DNA from: Takakia lepidozioides
Lineage: Eukaryota > Plantae > Bryophyta
Direction of reading: 5' to 3'
Assembly: GCA_030704615.1 (NCBI GenBank)
Contig: CM060731.1
Span: 95,852,001-95,916,000, forward strand
Length of the DNA stretch: 64,000 bases
Both the position numbers and the translations under genes were made by a program. Under the pieces are notes generated by a model. It did no database searches. It was not told the origin of the DNA and was given only the letters and a program-made list of their open reading frames with translations. Below, piece after piece: positions 1 through 11,435 of the stretch (position 1 is the first letter of the stretch; the number at the start of each line of letters is the position of its first letter).

Positions 1-1410
1 GGATTTACACAGAAGGTCTGACAGCGGCCCCGCAATCTTGGCGAAATTTCTCACATACTTCCGGTAATAGGAGGCGAGTCCTAGGAAGGATCGCACTCCC
101 GGGACCGAAGTCGGAGGCTCCCAGTCCAAGATCGCCCTCACCTTTCTGTCATCCATTTTGATCCCATCCTGTGTAATCACATGCCCCAAGAACTCCACTT
201 TTGTGACCCCGAATTCGCACTTTGAAGCTTTGGCATACAGCTTCCCTTCCTGCAATTTTTGGAACACCCTTTTGAGGTGCTCCAGGTGCTCCTCCTTTGT
301 TTTCGAGTACACCAAGATGTCGTCGATGTACACGATCACAAAGTCATCCAACCACTCCTGGAAAAGGCTGTTCATCAGCATGCTAAATGTCGTTGGTGCA
401 TTGGTGAGCCCAAAAGGCATCACCAAAAACTCATATGAACCATACCTTGTCCTGCACGCGGTCTTCTCCTCATCTCCTTCCGCCACCCGAATTTGATGAT
501 AGCCGGAGCGCAAGTCGATCCGGCTGAAATACTTCGCTCCTGCCAACCGATCGAAGAGGTCGTCGATCCTTGGCAAAGGGTACCGGTTTTTGATAGTCAC
601 CTTATTCAGAGCCCTGTAATCGACACACATCCGCAGCGTCCCATCCTTCTTGTCTGCAAATAGCACCGGGGCTCCGTAAGGTGACTTACTCGGCCGGATG
701 TACCCCTTTGACATTAGATCCTTGAGCTGAGTCTTCAGCTCGACCAACTCTCTGTGGCTCAACCGGTAGGGCGCCTTGGCAGGCGGTTCCAATCCCGGTA
801 TCACCTCAATCTTGTGGTCAACTCTTCTTCGCGGTGGCAAGCCGCTTGGTAAATCCTCCGGCATCACATCCTGGTATTTCTCCAAAATCCCCTTGATCCA
901 ATCTGGGCTCGGCTCCCCATCGCCTTCTCCTTTCACTTCTCTAATGTAAAGCAAAAACTGGGGCTCGTGTGCCTCCTCCACGGCCCACTCCCTTGCTGAC
1001 AGAAGGTTTATTCGCCCTCCCACGGATTTGGGCATTTCCGACACTCGTAAAACCTCGCCACCATTCCCACATGGCTGCGTGACCACTCTCTTGCGGCCAT
1101 CTATGACCGCTCCGGATTTGCTCAAAAAGGTCATCCCCAAAATGAGATCCACTCCATCGATCTCGCAGACGGTGAAGTTCTCACGTCCCTCCCAACTCCC
1201 CAGTTGAAGAGGAACATCAAACGCCAACCTTGTCGCCAACTGTGGTTCTCCTTTGGCAGAGCGCACCTCAATAGAGGCCCCCACGTCACTTGTCGGGAGT
1301 CCCAACTTTCGCACCGTCGCCGGCGTCATGAAGGAGTGCGATGCTCTTGTGTCCACCAACAACGACACGTTAGTTCCGGATATTATCCCATCCACGAACA
1401 ATAACTGACT
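1..1410 (-). CDS. pol: Family A pol: aspartic protease + reverse transcriptase, open at the window edge
   Basis: Manual translation: [13 protein letters not shown] (protease, DTG changed to DTR), [65 protein letters not shown]. Confidence 0.92.
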
Positions 1411-1544
1411 CCCTTTACGCAGGGCGCCAGTTTCCTGATACAACTCACAAGAATAGTTGCCTACCTTGCAAGTCCTGGCGACCACCGCTTCCACCAAGCG
1501 ACTGATGGTATCTTCCGACAGCTCCGTGGTTGCCCGAGTCATGT

Positions 1545-2549
1545 TCAATTGACGAGGTTTTGTGCACTTCTTGGCCATGTGCCCGGGCTCCCCGCAATTG
1601 AAACACACTCTATCAAAGGTCGCCTTCTGTCCGCCATAAGCCGCTCCACCCGCTTTTTCTTTCGAAGCACCGGGTGCCGCCTTGACGTGTGAAGGCCCTC
1701 CCTTTGATTTCCACGTGCCATTGTCGCCGCGTGGCCTATCCCACTTCTTTTCCGGTCGGAAGGAGTCACCTTCCCGCCGGGTCTTCTTGTGGTTCAGCTC
1801 CGTACGGCCTTGTCTCTCACCCCTAGGGACATCCGAGAAACATTCAGCCCTCTCAATTGCCTCGTTCAAAGTCTTGGGTGGCTTCTCCTCCAACTTCCGC
1901 CTGGCCCATGGGGCCAGCCCCGCCACAAAGTTGAAGACCATTTCCGGTTCTGCCATGTCCGCGACTTCGAGCAACAACACATTGAAAGCCTGGACATATC
2001 CCCGAATGTCATCTGTTTGCTTCAAATTCCTCATCTTGTCCCGGGCAAGCCAGGATGCGTTGAGGGGCACAAACTGTCTCTTCATCAATTCCTTGAACCC
2101 ACTCTAGTTCAAGGTTTCCGGGCTTGGGCCTCGGTCGTGAAGGCGTTTCTGCCACCATTGTTGAGCATAGCCCTCAAATAGGTGGGAGCCACTTCCACCC
2201 GATCCTCGTCACTCAACTTGGCCGCCCGGAAGTACTGCTCTAGCTCCAGAAGCCAGGTGTTGAGTGCCTTCCGATTTCAAACGCCCTCGAAGGTGCCGGG
2301 TTCCTTAGGCTTCACCTTAAACTTTGCCTTAGTCGAAGTGGCATTAGCCGCCTTCAACACGTCTTTCAACGTCCCGCCAAACTGCGCCAACAACCCTTCC
2401 CAAAAGGCTGCCGGCATGGGAGGCATCTCTTGGTTTGTTGGAGCTCTCAAGGATTCCTCGGGCTCCGACTCCTCGGATTCCTCCCGCTCCTGAGCGGCCT
2501 CGTTTTCGGAAACATTCATCGCTTCCTCAAACGGCCGCCTCGGTGACAC
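1545..2549 (-). pseudogene. gag: Family A gag, frameshifted
   Basis: KPKEPGTFEG motif, a Retrotrans_gag-like segment ([13 protein letters not shown]) and a broken CCHC knuckle near 1560-1610; lies between PBS and protease. Confidence 0.8.
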
Positions 2550-2664
2550 GTCGCTCCATCGGGCTCACCAGGATCATCATCTTTTGGGCCGTTCCGCTTT
2601 CGCTTTGGCTTGCCCGACCCCATGATGAGGCCAATCCCAAGGATGATCGCGTACTGAACTCTAA

Positions 2665-2676
2665 GCTCTGATACCA
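2665..2676 (-). promoter_or_regulatory. Primer binding site, initiator tRNA-Met
   Basis: Minus strand reads TGGTATCAGAGC, 2 nt after the LTR-terminal CA. Confidence 0.92.
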
Positions 2677-2678
2677 AG

Positions 2679-3408
2679 TGTCGCGCACCTCACTTCGGTA
2701 AGCTCCCCTTCAAGTCATAGTTACTCGCTTTGATGCGCGCGCCTGACTCCCAACCTGGCCGCCGGGCCAACTTGGAGCTTCGGCTGCTCACCGGGGCATA
2801 ACGGTCCCCCTTTGTTCTCCCAAAGAACCCTCCACCGATTTGGAACCAGCGGGAATTCCCTTTGGTAGTTGGCAGTCCGGAACAGCTCCCCACTCTTTGG
2901 TCGCTTTCCGGCTCGCTCGCTTACTCACTAGTTTTTGGTCACCAACGGGCTTGCACCGTTCTCGGGGTTACTACTCCCTATATATACTTCTATAGCTGTC
3001 CGCGGGGGTTTCACAACCAGCCATGCCATTTTATGGCGAACCACCACGAAGACCCTCGATTCCCGGTGGTGAGTCGCGGTGAGTCTTGGCCCACTCACCG
3101 CGGCCCCAATGGACCGTGATGAGTCCCAAGACTCCCCACGACTCCCACCTCAAGGTCTCCACCCCATGGTGAGTCCTATGCCACCCCCACCACTAAGTCC
3201 CGCTAAGCTACCACCACCCCTTGTGGAGCCACCCCCACCGCAACCCGGTGTGCGGGGCTCCACCTAGTGAGCGCCTCCGCCTCCTTGAGTGCCTTGGGCA
3301 CTCAAGGGTGCTTCAGCCCCCCGTACCTATCGCTGCTACTGCCCCCACCACAGGGGCAGCCCCTCTTGTGTCCCAACCCCCCTGCCCTCAAGGCAAAGGG
3401 CCGCGACA
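2679..3408 (-). repeat. Family A 5' LTR (730 bp)
   Basis: Bounded by the inverted termini TGTCGCG and CGCGACA; TATATA near 2978; adjacent to the PBS. Confidence 0.85.
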
Positions 3409-3962
3409 TCCGCTCTCCGACCAACCTGGCGGATAGAAATCTGGCGCCGGATTTCCATCCATCCGGCTCCGAATTACCTGCGTGGCGGAAATTTCGCGCG
3501 CCGCCCTCCCTGGCAGGATGGAAATCCGGCGCCGGATTTCCATCCATCCGGCTCCGAATTACCTGCCTGGAGGAAATTTTGCGCCCCGCCCTACCTGGCA
3601 GGATGGAAATCCGGCGCCGGATTTCCATCCATCTGGCTCCGAATTACCTGCCTAGCGGAAATTTCGCGCCCCGCCCAACCTGGCGGATGGAAATCCGGCG
3701 CCGGATTTCCATCCATCCGGCTCCGAATTACCTGCGTGGCGGAAATTTCGCGCGCCGCGCTATCTGACAGGATGGAAATCCGGCGTCGGATTTCCATCCA
3801 TCCGGCTCCGAATTACCTGCGTGGCGGAAATTTCGCGCGACGCCCTACCTCGCAGTATGGAAATTCGGCGCTGAATTTCCATCCTGTTGCTCTCCGAATT
3901 ACCTGCATGACGGAAATTTTGCGCGCCGCCGTACCTGGCGGATGGGCATTAAATATCCACCG
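3409..3962. repeat. 84-85 bp tandem repeat with the 30-bp palindrome GGATGGAAATCCGGCGCCGGATTTCCATCC; 5' subterminal array of a family D element
   Basis: Palindrome starts at 3516, 3601, 3685 and 3770; its left end matches the reverse complement of 52121-52215. Confidence 0.9.
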
Positions 3963-4483
3963 TGTCGTGCGCATACGGATCGCTACACAACTACATCGCT
4001 GACCAAACCACACCACACATATATGCACAATAAAGTAGTCTGCCACAATGATAAGAAAGAACTAAACTCCAATAACAAGAGAAACACAAACCAACACCAT
4101 CACTCTTTAAAATAGAAGTCGAGCCAGGGGCACCCCAAGCTATGGGGACTCCACCCCACAACAACCTATCATCCCATCATAAACACACTCAGTTCTAAAC
4201 GCATGCAGGAGCTCGGTCGCGCAGGCTCCACTCGAGAGAGATGAGCCGCGCGATTGACGCTCTTGTGAAGATAAGACGGTTCAGGTGTCAAACTAAACTT
4301 GACACCTAACTTAACACTTGGCTTAAATCCAAGTGTTAAATACAAATAACTAGCTTTATTCTAGTTAGTTTCACATTGTGCTTATTTAACTTGACAGCTG
4401 TCGTGCGCATACGTATCGCTACACAACTACATCGCTGTCCAAACCAAACCACACATATATGCACAATAAAGTAGTCTGCCACA
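3963..4483 (-). repeat. Family B 3' LTR with two 85-bp direct repeats (3963-4047, 4399-4483)
   Basis: Each repeat reads TGTGGCAG...CACGACA on the minus strand; PPT AGCTAGGGGGGCG at 4486-4498. Confidence 0.85.
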
Positions 4484-4742
4484 ATCGCCCCCCTAGCTGG
4501 TGGATAGGTCCCTCTAACTCCAGATAGCTACAAGATGTAATAGCCACAGCCGTACTAAGTCCTCTATCACTGTCCCTATTGTACTCAACTCTATCGACCA
4601 AGTGGCCAGGTACAAGAGTAGCCCCATCGTTAGTCGCCGTCTTGCAATCTGTGATCTTGAGCCAGGACCTCGTGTGTTCAAGGTCTCCTAGTAGCTGGGC
4701 CTTGCGTTTCTTGTTAGCCTTCCATGGTTGTATCCACTCCCA

Positions 4743-6419
4743 CTATCCAATGCAATGTGGACATAACCAATCCCCATCCGGAACCATCTCAAGAGGTGGA
4801 GTCAAGCATCCCATATGCCAACCTCTAGAGCATCGATCACACACCAGCATGGTGGCTGCCCCTTTAGCAGACCCACACAACATGCACCTCAAACTTGCAG
4901 ATACCACTGCCAGGTTTGGGTCAATCCTGCCATCGACATTCGGAAGGTGACATGGCGCGCAATTACGCACATGGTCCTTCCAAGTTATGCCATCCCGACC
5001 CTCCAAGACCAAGACGCCTGAGGGCAAGACCTCTCGAACCCTCAAAATAACACGTCCTGCAGTCACATCCAAGGTCGTAGGAGCAGTCTGCTGCAGGTAA
5101 ACATAGTCACCAGGGTTGAATCTCTGAACCCCATGACGATAGCCCCCACCACGTATGGTAGCATACCTCAACGTATCACGGTGTTGTGCAATGGCAAGAT
5201 TCTTGAAAGCCATGGGCATGACTTTCTTGAACAACTCTGCACGCTGCTCACATGCACGTGCCCACACGTCCGGATCGTCAAGATTAAGAACTGTAGCAGC
5301 TTCTCTATGAATGGATGTAGGCAAATCCGGCTCTCGGCCAAAGAGAAGAAAGTATGGTGAGAAGGAGGCAAGTGATGCTTGCTTGCTGAACCTGTAGCCC
5401 ATGGCTAACCAGGGTAACTGAAGGTCCCAATCTCCTAGGTGTCCCTTCTGCAAGCCATACTTGCGCAAACCCCTCTTTACTGTCTGAACAACTCTCTCTG
5501 CCAAGCCATCGGCCTCAGGATGATCCCGAGAAGTGGTGCGGTGGTCTATCAAGGCCTTGTCACACAAAACCTGAAACTCCCCCAAGAACTCTCTCCCTTG
5601 GTCCGTGAGTACCTCAGCTGGAGCACCGAATCGGCTAAGCACACAATCCAAGAATGCATACGCAGCTCCCTCACTAGCCTTATCAGGCAATGGAACCAAT
5701 TCAATCCACTTGGAGAAGTGCTCCACCATCACCAACAGGTACTTGTTGTGGCGCATGGTCAGTGGCAACGGCCCTGCGAAGTCAAGACTCCATCTGCAGC
5801 CCAATCCCATGATCGGAAGAGGGTGCAATTGTGGAGTAGGGGCGTTGAATGAAGCACGCATCCTGTCACACACCATGCACCTAGCCACAAATTGTTGCAC
5901 CTCTGTGTGCATACCACGCCACCAATACTGCCCCTGCAGTAGACTATGAGTGTGTCGCACCCCAAAATGCCCCAACTCCTCATGGGCATGCCGCACTAAC
6001 CGTGCCCGCTGTGTTGGGTGAGGCACAATCCTCACTCGACCATCCTCCCACACTCGGAGCAGGTGTGTCCCCTCCCACTTGAACCTCTTGGCTCGTTGTA
6101 GGATCCGATCCCTCTCCTTGGCAGTCACAGTGGCTGCCGTGTCTCCAGTGCGGAGGTAGTCCAACACAACTGAATCCTCATGTATATCTTTGGCGCCACC
6201 TTGCTCATTGCTAGCCTCAGGGTCCTCAGACACTTGATCTACAGTCATCCCTATTGCAGGTCCAACCTGGCCTTCTGCTGCCAAGATACACAAAAATGCA
6301 GATGCATGCCATCCGGGCACCATCTCCTCATCCGTCGCACCATGCCACCGAGCTCCAGTGTCATCCTGCTGGCTCGTGCATGGATTGCGACTCAACCCAT
6401 CTGCATTGCGATTGACCAA
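4743..6419 (-). CDS. Integrase with C-terminal PHD finger (family B copy 1)
   Basis: HEELGH...CMVC zinc finger, SLDFAGP / LTDQG / LAER DDE core; PHD CMLC-x11-CDRC-x4-H-x2-C...WLCPHC. Confidence 0.95.
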   Translation of the reverse strand: MVNRNADGLSRNPCTSQQDDTGARWHGATDEEMVPGWHASAFLCILAAEGQVGPAIGMTVDQVSEDPEASNEQGGAKDIHEDSVVLDYLRTGDTAATVTAKERDRILQRAKRFKWEGTHLLRVWEDGRVRIVPHPTQRARLVRHAHEELGHFGVRHTHSLLQGQYWWRGMHTEVQQFVARCMVCDRMRASFNAPTPQLHPLPIMGLGCRWSLDFAGPLPLTMRHNKYLLVMVEHFSKWIELVPLPDKASEGAAYAFLDCVLSRFGAPAEVLTDQGREFLGEFQVLCDKALIDHRTTSRDHPEADGLAERVVQTVKRGLRKYGLQKGHLGDWDLQLPWLAMGYRFSKQASLASFSPYFLLFGREPDLPTSIHREAATVLNLDDPDVWARACEQRAELFKKVMPMAFKNLAIAQHRDTLRYATIRGGGYRHGVQRFNPGDYVYLQQTAPTTLDVTAGRVILRVREVLPSGVLVLEGRDGITWKDHVRNCAPCHLPNVDGRIDPNLAVVSASLRCMLCGSAKGAATMLVCDRCSRGWHMGCLTPPLEMVPDGDWLCPHCIG

Positions 6420-7876
6420 CCCGGTCGATGCACCACCTGAAAGTCATACTCTTGAAGGATGAGTGCCCACCGTGCAAGCTTCCCCGTAAGCTTGTCTGAC
6501 TCCATCAACCACTTGAGTGGTTGGTGATCCGTGACAAGGGTGAAGAGATTGCCGTATAGATAGCACCTGAAGTGTGCCACGGCCCACACTGCAGCTAAGC
6601 ATTCTCCCTCATATGAGCTATACTTAGACTCTGCAGCATTGTTCGAGCGGCTAGCATAAGCCACTACGAACTCTCTTCCCTCATCATCCACCTGTGTGAG
6701 CACCGCTCCAAGCCCCAGCATGCTCCAATCTGTATGCAGCTGAAAAGGACGCCCCCTGATAGGTCGTCTCAAGATGGGCGCCGAGGTCAACCTCGCCTTG
6801 AGCTCTTGAAAAGCTTGTTCTTGCTCATCTTCCCACTGCCAGTCCTGGTCCACCTTGGTCAGCTTGGTTAGAGCCTTTGCAATGGCACTAAATCCCTTAA
6901 CAAACTGTCTATAATAGTTTGCTAACCCCATGAAAGCTCGAACTCGGCTCAAATCCGTGGGGCGTGGAACCTGTGCAATGGACTCTACCTTAGTCTGCTG
7001 TACCCCCAATCCTCCAGGATATATCATGTGACCCAGATACTCAATCTGGTTGTGGAAAAACTTGCACTTTCCCGGATGTAACTTCAATCCGTGCGTCCTC
7101 AAGCGCTCAAATACCCCCTGAAGGTGTCTCTCATGCTCCTCCACCGTAGCACTAAAGATGATAATGTCTTCTATGTAGCACCGAGCAAACTCAACCCCTG
7201 CTAGAATCCTATCCATGACTCTTTGAAACTCAGCATGAGCATTTTTAAGCCCAAATGGTAAGAACCGCCACTGGTATAGGCAATCCTTCCCGTGCTCATT
7301 GATCCCCCACAATGTCGTCTTTTGCTTATCCGCCTCCTTGATCGGCAACTGGTGATATCCGGATCGTAAATCCAACGTGCTAAAGACCTTGGCATGCCTA
7401 ATGGCATCAAAGATCTCCTCTGGTGTTGGCATGGCATACCTATCGGACTTGGTCTGATGATTTACAGGCCGATAATTGCCGCACATACGTCTCTCCGTCC
7501 AATTGCCATAGACATCCTTCTTGGCTGGCATCACTGTGGCTGAAGCATACTCTCCACCAGAGAGCTCCACCAAACCTGCCTCCCAGAGATCTTGAGTCCT
7601 CATCTGAATCAAAGACCTCTCCATGTCACTGTATCTATAGGGTCTCCGAAAGATTGGCATGTCACTGGCCAACTCAATACGGATCTCTTGACCCTTCAGT
7701 GCTCCCAAGTCCTTCAAACTGAAGGCAAAGCAATTCCTGTAAGCCCTTAGGAACCGCCGTATACGTCGTCTCTCTCCTCCGGTGACAATGGGTCCAATGT
7801 CAGGCTCCCAATTGTCCTCCGTGACTGCAACCTTGAGTCCAGCAGGCTTAGAGGTAGAAGACGCGTCCCGTGGTTG
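6392..7876 (-). CDS. Reverse transcriptase + RNase H (family B copy 1), in frame with the upstream TAG
   Basis: [41 protein letters not shown]. Confidence 0.93.
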   Translation of the reverse strand, partial: QPRDASSTSKPAGLKVAVTEDNWEPDIGPIVTGGERRRIRRFLRAYRNCFAFSLKDLGALKGQEIRIELASDMPIFRRPYRYSDMERSLIQMRTQDLWEAGLVELSGGEYASATVMPAKKDVYGNWTERRMCGNYRPVNHQTKSDRYAMPTPEEIFDAIRHAKVFSTLDLRSGYHQLPIKEADKQKTTLWGINEHGKDCLYQWRFLPFGLKNAHAEFQRVMDRILAGVEFARCYIEDIIIFSATVEEHERHLQGVFERLRTHGLKLHPGKCKFFHNQIEYLGHMIYPGGLGVQQTKVESIAQVPRPTDLSRVRAFMGLANYYRQFVKGFSAIAKALTKLTKVDQDWQWEDEQEQAFQELKARLTSAPILRRPIRGRPFQLHTDWSMLGLGAVLTQVDDEGREFVVAYASRSNNAAESKYSSYEGECLAAVWAVAHFRCYLYGNLFTLVTDHQPLKWLMESDKLTGKLARWALILQEYDFQVVHRPGWSIAMQMG

Positions 7877-9125
7877 CTATGCCGCAACCTCTTGAGCAGT
7901 ACTCCCTGCCTGCTTAGTTAATGACAAGGCCTCATCCTGCCCCATCATCTCATCCTTGAGGACCTCATCAACCCGAGAAGAATCCCCAACCTCATCCATC
8001 ACAGCTGCCTTGGCTGCCAACTCCTTATGAGCCTCGAGCACCTCCCACATGTGCCATGGATGCGGCCTGCACCTCGTGGTCCTCACCTGCTCGCCCCCAC
8101 TCGCTGCCTGTACCGTCTTGGTAGGCAGAGAGACCATGAAGGGGAGTGTACTACGCAATCTGCGCTGCTCAGCCATAGCCAAGCTGATAATCCAGGTCAA
8201 GCAATTGAGATCCATTGCTTGCCCCAACACCTGACGGCGTGATGCCTCAGAAAGAGAAGGCACCGCCGTGGTCCCAGTGGAAAACCCCATAGCCCGCTCT
8301 CGCTCGTCGGCATTAGGCCCCACGAACTGCTGCAACTAAGCATCCCACAGGAGGCCAGGTCCATCATCCCGAAAAGCATGGGATCATGGGAAGCTAAGCA
8401 GTGTACGTAATGCTGCTCATGGTTGACCCACCCTGTTGACCACTGCCAAATGCGAATGGTCATCGTGTCTCACACGTTGAGACTGCCTCCCTGTGTCCAA
8501 AATGCCATCCACGGTGAGGTGTGCTGGCCGCTGCACCCCATCAAATGCACGCTTGAGCAGTGCGGGTGGCATCAAGTTAGTCCACCAAAGCGGTGGACGA
8601 TGAGCCCGTGACCCCACTACAGCTGCATCCAGCAACACTGCTGACCCAAGCCACGACCGGACTTGATGCACACTGGCCATCACCCTGGCCCGAGAATCAC
8701 CCATCAGTGGCACATTCTCCAAGATGTATGCTGGAGATACAGCTTGATGAAGCTGCAAGTGGCGCAAAATGCGCACCATCTCCCAAAACAGACCCGTCCT
8801 CGAGTCTCGCAATCCATTGCCATGCCCGGCTGATGAATGCCCTTGGCAGGGCCAACCTGCCACTACCAGATCAATGGAGCCAACCTGCTCCAAATCCTGC
8901 GCCCCCACCAACGAAATGTCTGCTGGCAAGGCCTGACAAACAACTGCAGACACCGACAACAACTCAGGGTACTGCTACACCATCTGAGCAACATGGCGCA
9001 GTGAGACGCGTCGTGCAGTCTCATCCCTCTCCACATATAGGTAATGTCGAACTCGTACACCTGCCTGCAGTACTGCAGCCAATTCAGTGTTGATCTCGCC
9101 AAACAAGTCCAGAAGGCATATGCCT
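7877..9125 (-). pseudogene. C5 cytosine DNA methyltransferase domain plus linker (family B copy 1), decayed
   Basis: LDLFGEINTE (degenerate motif I), AGWPCQG (IV), ILENV (VI), RAHRP (VIII), ERERAMGF (IX), RQVLGQAMD (X); TGG>TGA and CAG>TAG stops. Confidence 0.92.
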
Positions 9126-9341
9126 TCATCCGGGCACTGTCACACAATAGGTGTGGTGTCCAATGGCAACAACTGAGGTGGTCCTGGTGCAATCACCGCA
9201 CTCTCCTCCTCTCCTAACGGTACGAAAGCTTCTACCCAAGCTTGTTGCACCCGTCCATCAGCAGCCTGCTGCAACTCCTTACTCGTACCCCACAATGGAG
9301 TGTGAGCAACCATGGCAGGCAACTCCGCCATACCATGCATG

Positions 9342-9960
9342 TCATCCTGCTCTGCTAGAGGTGGCACATCCTCGGCATGCATTGCCTTCCAGCAACTCTT
9401 CAGGCCAACTAACTGCAGCTGTAAAGGCGGCTAGTGTTGGCATCTTGCCCCGCTGGGCAGCCGCAATACCCCCAATGAATGTCACAGGGAGCTGTGCACG
9501 GCGACCATCCCCTGACTGCCATCCAAGCCTGTAGGATGCTGACTCCTCCCAGAAGTCCAGGGTGAAGCCCATGGGGTATAACACTGCCCCACCAACGAGG
9601 ACATCGTAAGAGACCGCGTCTGTCACAATGGCCTTGGCTCGCATCACTGAGCCATCTCTAGGATGATCCGGCTGCAGTCTAATGGCTAACTGATGCCGTG
9701 TCATGCCCCGAGCCTGCTCTGATCCTCCCAGAGATGTCTGTATCTGGAAAGGACAAGGCTCCATATCCGCCTCCATGAGGCCCAAACCTGCAATAGCAGC
9801 TCTGCCCAACATCAGTGGCTGAGCTCCCGAGTCCAACAAGACCCGAAGTGGCCGAAACTTCTTGCCTGCCGATCCACTCAAAGTGAAAATGTCATCCTGG
9901 TTGTCTAACAAGACAACTCCAGGTGTCACCATGGGGCGCTCAAAGGCTGGCCTAGCTGGC
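9342..9960 (-). pseudogene. Aspartic protease (family B copy 1)
   Basis: VLLDSGAQPLM ... YDVLVG. Confidence 0.88.
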
Positions 9961-11435
9961 CCAATTGGCAGTTTTGAGGGAGGAACTCAGGAAGGAGTTT
10001 GAGGCTCGACTTGCCATTGAGTGTGCAAACAAGGTCAATGAGGAGGTCACTCTCAAGTTACAGCAAGAGTTAGAGGATACAACAGCTACTTTGCAGTTGG
10101 CCAAGGAACAATTGATTGAAGCAGGCCTCGCGCAGGACCAGTTGCACGAAATACATAAGCAACAGCTATACCAAATGCAGGTGAAGCATGAGAGCAAGTT
10201 GCAAGAAGTGAATGCACTACATACGGAGTTGCAGACAGTACATGAGAGGATGGCCATACAATATGCTACACTCACAACTACCCTTCAGCAAACTACATTA
10301 GAAGTTAACAGACAAGCAGAGAGATGTATGAAGGCAGAGGCAGACAATTTCGAGCAGACGAAACTCATTGTTAATATGAAGAATACAATCTGTCGCAATG
10401 AGAATACTTTCAAGCAATACAGGCAAGTTGAAGCTGATCAAGAGAAGTACATCTTGGAATTGCAACAAACAGTCATGGTGAATAGAAATGAACTTTCTGT
10501 GGCTAACAAGGCTTGGAAGGAAGCCAATAATCTGGCTGCTGCCTATGCGAGTTTGGTTGAACCTCATGCGAAGTGCATGGAGGCTTTATAGCAGCAGATA
10601 GATGTGTACAAACTCAGAGAGGAGCAGACTCTCAGGGGTGCCACAAGCAACTTGGTGGATAACCACCTTATGCAGGTCTGGTTAGCACAAGGATCGGTGG
10701 AAGGCAAAGCACCACGGAAGCTCACCCAGGGCGAGATGAATGAGCTCAAGCTACAGGTGCAGAACATTGCCACAACTACTATAGACAATGTCTATAATAG
10801 GATAGCGGAGCTACAGGAGGATGTAGACGGCCTGCAGACTCAGGTGGAGGACCTGACTTCAAATATTGACAAGAGAGTCTTTGTACCTGAGGAGCAGCTG
10901 ATGGCTACTTATTTACAAACCAGAACTCTAAATTCTTCAGTCTTCTTCGCAAGGGGTGCAGGAGATGCCAGTGGTGGAAGGGCCAGTGTTACCAATACCA
11001 CAACAAGTGACTGTGTCAGTCGCTGACCCTGTTGTTACTACAGCCACACCACAGCCGCCACAGCCTGAGGTATGGGAGGATGCTGATTTTAACCCACCTA
11101 AGACACCTGCTGCACGGGAGTACAGTCGGGCTATGATTATGCCCTTCAACCAAATTCCCATTGTGTTGGATTTGGCTTGGAAGAAATTTAGTCCTCCACA
11201 GTCGTTGGCACATTACTACCAGATCATGCGCATTTGGCTGCCAGTGGCAACTAGGACTAAGGTTCTTCCGAACAATTGACCCATTGAGGATCATCACTTT
11301 GCGAGGTACTGGCATGAAGCAAGTACCATGTTGAAGGAATTAATTGCCTTCCAAGTTGTACATGGGTACATTTATACCAAGACCAAGGAGGTAGCAAGTA
11401 TTGTCATGGGCTGTGGGTTATACTATGCTGCTTGT

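Larger units (their letters stand above)
1..3408 (-). mobile_element. Ty3/gypsy LTR retrotransposon, family A (chromovirus-like), 5' half; runs off the left edge
   Basis: 5' LTR 2679-3408, tRNA-iMet PBS, then gag, protease and RT on the minus strand. Confidence 0.93.
3963..9960 (-). mobile_element. Family B gypsy copy 1 (PR-DNMT-RT-RH-IN-PHD), 5'-truncated and decayed
   Basis: Near-identical proteins to 46130-52120; premature stops; RT YIDD changed to YIED; ends abruptly at 9960. Confidence 0.95.

Noticed and set aside
3267-4046. MEIRRRISIH-type repeat proteins (also 37585-39897 and 52045-53559)
   Set aside because: Open in several frames on both strands because the GC-rich palindromic repeat lacks stops
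9965-11026. Host coiled-coil (myosin/SMC-like) gene
   Set aside because: Homologous to the accessory ORF inside the full-length family C element
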